Assembly: GCA_964016885.1 (NCBI GenBank)
Contig: OZ024758.1
Location: 17,422,001 to 17,486,000, forward strand
From: Eledone cirrhosa
Taxonomy: Eukaryota
DNA: 64,000 nt
Direction: 5' to 3'
The notes under the pieces are model-generated. The model was not told the DNA's origin and did not search any database. It was given only the letters and a program-made list of their open reading frames with translations. Below are positions 58,967-64,000 of this stretch, piece after piece. The position numbers and the translations under genes are program-made. Positions within the stretch are counted from its first letter, which is position 1. The number at the start of each line of letters is the position of its first letter.

Positions 58967-59033
58967 TTTTATTATGCGCATTTCAAAAACAAACATCATC
59001 ATGCAATAATATTTGTGTTTTCATCAGATAAAA
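58967..59033 (-). ncRNA. Type I hammerhead ribozyme motif (H1-related), left arm of palindrome
   Basis: Reverse complement of 59156-59222. Confidence 0.8.
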
Positions 59034-59155
59034 CAGGAGAACATGATATGAAGGCTAAAAAACACTTGTGGATAGTGCAGTTTTAAATCAACATATGTTG
59101 ATTTAAAACTGCACTATCCACAAGTGTTTTTTAGCCTTCATATCATGTTCTCCTG

Positions 59156-59222
59156 TTTTATCTGATGAAAACACAAATATTATTGCATGATGATGTTTGA
59201 TTTTGAAATGCGCATAATAAAA
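59156..59222 (+). ncRNA. Type I hammerhead ribozyme motif (H1-related), predicted cleavage after AUA at 59216
   Basis: TTTTAT-CTGATGA-long stem II (AAACACAAATATTAT/ATGATGTTTGATTTT)-GAA-ATGCGCAT (perfect palindrome)-A-ATAAAA. Confidence 0.82.
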
Positions 59223-59499
59223 TACATGGAACTCCTTTAACCATCTTTTGATCTTATATATATTTATATATATATATATCCAACCAGCAGGAGACCCAAG
59301 GGTAGACCCCGAGCAAGTTGGTTGAATAACATCCATGGGCTTGGCTGGTCTCGCTTGGGAATCCAGCCTTATAATTTGGAGACGGTTGCTTCTGACAAGA
59401 CCTGCTGGAAGGAGTGTTTGAAGACTCATTTCCCAAGACCCTCTCAGGAATAAGTGGGCGACGACGACGAGGAGTTATATGAAATAATCTGATAGTAAG

Positions 59500-59590
59500 T
59501 ACCGTATTTCCCGGCGTCAAAGACGCTACTTTTTTCCTAAAATAAATCCTAAAAATCTACCATGCGTCCCGGAGGTCGAAAGTTGCATTT
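59500..59590. mobile_element. Tc1/mariner-pogo-type DNA transposon terminus fragment
   Basis: TA-CCGTATTTCCCGGCGTCAAAGACGC resembles pogo/Tigger-like TIRs; no matching second end seen. Confidence 0.55.
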
Positions 59591-59605
59591 TATCATTATT
59601 ATTTT

Positions 59606-59790
59606 TGGATTGGCAGTATCGGTAGAGGGTCGGACGCCATGCTTTCCAGCATAGTTACGTCCCTTTACGATCCGAGTTCAAATCCCGCCGAGGTTGACTT
59701 TGCCTTTCATCCTTACGGGGTCGATAAAATAAAAGTACCAGTAATGCACTGGGTAATTTGCTGGCCTTGTGCCTAAAGTAGAAACAATTT
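59606..59790 (+). mobile_element. SINE family A, near-consensus copy
   Basis: Family A match. Confidence 0.9.
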
Positions 59791-60732
59791 TTTTTTTTTT
59801 AATTTTTGGTTGTCAAAATTACTAATGATTGATATACTCTTAATTAAACATATCTACAGGTTGATCGAGAAATAAATAAAAAGATTGATAGACAGATAGA
59901 TAAATATAAATACATAAATACTCATATATATATAAATACTCATTTATTTTGAGGATATTTCTGGAAATTTGACGAGAATTAGTAGGCATTTTAAATTTCA
60001 ATTAAAGAAAAGGAAAACGATTCTAAATGTTTTTGTTTACTTTATAAAACAAATGATTTATTTTAATCTATATTTAGAGGTCAAATCTATTATTAATGAT
60101 GTGATATATATAAATATACCTATTTAGTGAAAGTAAATTAGAACGCAAAATTTGATGATTAATTATGGAAGCATTCCTCATAACACTACGCAATGCTAAA
60201 ATAAACAAAGTGACACCATACACATGTCATAGACAAGATAAACGTATGACTGATGATATATAAATTTAATTATCCTTTCTCAAATTTCAATCACTGGCGA
60301 TAAATCTTAGAAATGAAGTCAGCGTAAATAAAACTTGCCTACTATAAAATACGCCATTACAAACGGCAGCAATATTTATCCGATACAGAAGTTGAAACTG
60401 AAGATTTAGAACAGTCATTGACAAGCTGTGGCCAGCGAGGCTTTCTGAATGGCTCGCCTAAGTCACCTAAGTGAAATATTTCTGATTTTTTTTACCCCAC
60501 CTTTTCAGTCCAAACTTATCTTGCTCTCATTTTTACGATTGAGGAAAACAACGTGTACGAATTCTGAAGAAAAAAATCACAACAACCTGAGTTTAATGTG
60601 GGCACGAATGTAAATTAACGCTTGCGGCCCGCCTGATGATGAGTCATATCTCATGCGGCCCGCTTCTCGAAAAAAGTTGCCCATGCTTGGTATAGAAACA
60701 TTGACGGTGGATGTATGTGCTAGGGTGAGTTA

Positions 60733-61125
60733 ATGATTGTTTATACGTTTGGCACAAGGCCAGCAGTTACCCCAATGCATTACTGGTACTTTATTTTATC
60801 GACCCCGTCAGGATGAAAGGCAAAGTTAACCTCGGTGGGATTTGAACTCAGAACGTAAAGGGCCGTAACTATATGCTGCAAAGCATGGTGCTCTACCCTC
60901 TACCGATACGGCCAATCCACTGTGAGTTAATGATAATTGTTTCTAATTTTAGCACAAAGCCAGCAATTGTCCCAGTGAATTACTGGCACTTTATTTTATG
61001 AACCTCATAAGGGTGAAAGGCAAAGTTTACCTCGGCGGGATTTGAACTCAAAAGGTAAAGGACAGTAACTCTATGCTGCAAAGCATGGCGTCAGACCCTC
61101 TACCGATACTGCCAATCCACCGCCC
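60733..61125 (-). mobile_element. Two tandem SINE-A copies
   Basis: Family A match. Confidence 0.88.
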
Positions 61126-61304
61126 TTAATGTGAGTGAATAATGTTGGTTGATGTTAGTTGTAATATGGGTATTCTAGCCATAATCTTCCAGGATATGTA
61201 GGCTGTGAAAAGTTTTATGAAATGGAACTTATGGGTGCCTTATAGAATTCCTGATAACGCCTGGCTGGTACAGTAAACACAAAGAAGAAAACATACACAC
61301 ACAA

Positions 61305-62425
61305 ATACACCAGATCCGAATACAGAGGAACCAAAGTCCCACTGTCATCGCCTCCATCTCTCTCGCCCTCCCCATCTCTCATGTACACCAGGTCCTGATA
61401 CAGAGGAGCCGAATTCCCACTGTCATCATTTCCATCTCTCTCGTACACCAGGTCCTGACACAGAGTAGCTGAACTCCCACTGTCATCGCCTCCATCTTAT
61501 TCGCCCTCCCCATCTCTCACGTACATCAGGCCCGAATACAGAGGAACCAAACTCCCACTGTCATGGTTTTCCATCTCTCACGTATACCAGGCCCGAATAC
61601 AGAGGTAACCAAACTCACACTGTCATTGCTTCCATCTCTCACGTACACCAGGCCCGAATACAGAGGTAACCAAACTCCCACTGTCATTGCTTCCATCTCT
61701 CACGTACACCAGGCCCGAATACAGAGGAGCCGAACTCCCACTGTCATTGCTTCCATCTCTCACGTACACCAGGCCCGAATACAGAGGAACCAAACTCCCA
61801 CTGTCATTTCTTCCATCTCTCACGTACACCAGGCCCGAAAACAGAGGAACCAAACTCCCACTGTCATTGCTTCCATCTCTCACGTACACCAAGCCTGAAT
61901 ACAGAGGAACCAAACTCCCACTGTCATTGCTTCCATCTCTCACGTACACCAGGCCCGAATACAGAGGAGCCGAACTCCCACTGTCATTGCTTCCATCTCT
62001 CACGTACACCAGGCCCGAATACAGAGGTAACCAAACTCCCACTGTCATTGCTTCCATCTCTCACGTACACCAGGCCCGAATACAGAGGAGCCGAACTCCC
62101 ACTGTCATTGCTTCCATCTCTCACGTACACCAGGCCCGAATACAGAGGTAACCAAACTCCCACTGTCATTTTTTCCATCTCTCACGTACACCAGGCCCGA
62201 ATACAGAGGAACCAAACTCCCACTGTCATTGCTTCTATCTCTCACGTACATCAGGCCCGAATACAGAGGAACCAAACTCCCACTGTCATTGCTTCCATCT
62301 CTCACGTACACCAAGCCCGAATACAGAGGAACCAAACTCCCACTGTCATGGCTTCCATCTCTCACGTACACCAGGTCCAAACACAGAGGAGCCGAACTCC
62401 CACTGTGATCCTCACCATCTCTCAC
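61305..62425. repeat. 60/61-bp GC-richer minisatellite (~18 units)
   Basis: Unit CTGTCATTGCTTCCATCTCTCACGTACACCAGGCCCGAATACAGAGGAACCAAACTCCCA; diverged units at both edges. Confidence 0.95.
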
Positions 62426-63248
62426 TATTATGTGCAAATGGAGGAAGCGCCATCGATACTGCAATGAAGACGTAACACGGAGAAACACAGAAACACAAGA
62501 GGCATATGTAAGTGTACACAGCTGCTTTCAAATCACAAAGTTGTGTACAAGCACAGTTCCGATACAGAACCACAGTGAAAGCATTCTAGTTTTGTTGAGC
62601 GAACGACAAAGTTAAGTTCTTTCAACGAAAGGCGTGTTCCTCCATTTCCACGTAGTATCTTCATTGTAGTATCGAATTTAACAATATATTGCATACAAAC
62701 AGAATATCAAATATACAGTTTATAACAATAATGAATATCAAATCTTATGTAGTTTATAATAATATTTTAACAATATTAATAAGAGTATACTAACAAGAAT
62801 AAACACTTTAACCGGCTTTGTTTCTTTGCTCTCCATTACTTTGAAATCCTATTAAACGTAATACACGGTGGAATGGTGTGAGAGTCGTATTATTTATCAC
62901 GTGATTTATCTTGTGCCTAAAAGTAGAAACAATTATTTATCACGTGATTTATCTTGTGCCTAAAAGTAGAAACAATTATTTATCACGTGATTTCTCACGT
63001 AACGTTATTGACGGAACATTAATCCTAAACGTTCAATGGTGGTTTCTGTTTGTTAATTAGTGAAATATCCAGGTTCTTTTGTTGTTTTTCTTACTGTGTT
63101 GTTCGCTAATGTCATCTACAAATGTATGAATTGGGATAAATTCTCCCGACGTATTTTTCTATAACTTCTCAAAGGAATCTCTCTTGTGTGTGTGTGTATA
63201 TATATATGAGAATAAACGTGCTGCGTGGTTGCTAATTGGTTACATATC

Positions 63249-63338
63249 AATAAAGTTAGTCCTTCATCAGTGATCTTCCAACCATCATTGGGTCTTTAAT
63301 GATGGTTGGAAGATCACTGATGAAGGACTAACTTTATT
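63249..63338. repeat. Perfect 41-bp inverted repeat with 8-nt loop, containing CTGATGA
   Basis: AATAAAGTTAGTCCTTCATCAGTGATCTTCCAACCATCATT-GGGTCTTT-reverse complement. Confidence 0.93.
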
Positions 63339-63425
63339 CATATATATTCATATATATATAAATATATATATTCATATATATTTATATATATTCATATATA
63401 TTTATATATATTCATATATATATAT

Positions 63426-63665
63426 CAGAGGAGACTGAGGTTAGCTGGACATGCTCACCGACATCCAGAGTTGACATTGCACTCAGTGCTCCTTTGGGAG
63501 CCCTTACATGGACACACTAGAAGAGGAAGACCAAGGTTAACGTATGTTGATGCCCTAAGGACAGACACTGGTCTGTTGGAGACGCAGGACATAGCAGCGA
63601 TAATGAGGGACAGAGACCGCTGGAGAGAACTCGTCCATGGATCTCGGGAATTTTACCCGCTTTAG
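63426..63665 (+). mobile_element. RTE LINE 3' end (distinct subfamily), 5'-truncated in a TA tract
   Basis: QRRLRLAGHAHRHPE...LLWEPLHGHTRRGRPRLTYVDALRTDTG...MRDRDRWRELV. Confidence 0.9.
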
Positions 63666-63702
63666 AATAGAAAAAAAGAATATATATATATATATATATA
63701 TT

Positions 63703-64000
63703 TGTAGTAAGGTTGCTTGGATGCATCCATAGGCGGTATGCCTGTTAAGCACCCTATGCCCCTTCCGAGCAGAATATAATAATATGGAAAACGAAGAATC
63801 AGTGATGAAACGAAACTGAATTTATTAACGTATTACACTTGTTTCTCCGGCGAACAACTCGAGGTGCGATCTGTTTGTGGCTCGAACCTGACTCTGGATT
63901 CGCAAGTTCCTCAGATACGCCTAGCGACATCGAAGCAAATCCTCTGATCTCCACGGTATTGTGAAGGTTCACGGGCAACTTCATGCAAGACCTAAGGCCA
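63703..64000 (-). mobile_element. Possible LTR end running off the window
   Basis: CpG-rich segment ending ...ACTACA on the minus strand at a TA tract, with minus-strand AATAAA ~120 nt inside; no internal ORF or second LTR visible. Confidence 0.4.

Larger units (their letters stand above)
58930..59259. repeat. 330-bp spacerless palindrome (165-bp arms, one mismatch seen)
   Basis: Centre CAACAT|ATGTTG at 59094/59095; mismatch at 58989/59200. Confidence 0.97.

Noticed and set aside
60330-60475. Protein-like frame KIRHYKRQQYLSDTEVETEDLEQSL
   Set aside because: Upstream in-frame stop, no splice support, runs into a MITE.
61563-62488. Repeat-protein ORFs in the 60-bp array
   Set aside because: 61-bp units break every frame; overlapping ORFs on both strands.

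Overview
AT-rich, repeat-saturated eukaryotic genomic DNA, probably from a coleoid cephalopod (octopus-like). This is inferred from the tRNA-derived SINE families, RTE LINE fragments and extreme microsatellite load. I find no host protein-coding exon I can support; nearly all ORFs in the track are microsatellite artefacts. Supported content: one tRNA-Asp(GTC) gene with a B-box variant; many SINEs; Tx1/L1-like and RTE LINE 3' fragments; piggyBac-, hAT-, Helitron- and Tc1/pogo-type non-autonomous elements; three element-derived or novel minisatellites; a ~3.5 kb duplication across a 200-N gap. The main unexplained structure is a set of type I hammerhead ribozyme motifs from at least three sequence families (3.5, 25.2, 42.3, 42.5/45.2, 55.1-55.5, 59.0/59.2 kb). 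They sit in short elements beside (TA)n tracts. Two copies show compensatory stem II changes, one forms a 4x tandem array, and two sit in the opposite arms of a 330-bp spacerless palindrome. All folds were paired by eye, activity is untested, and repeat boundaries are approximate.
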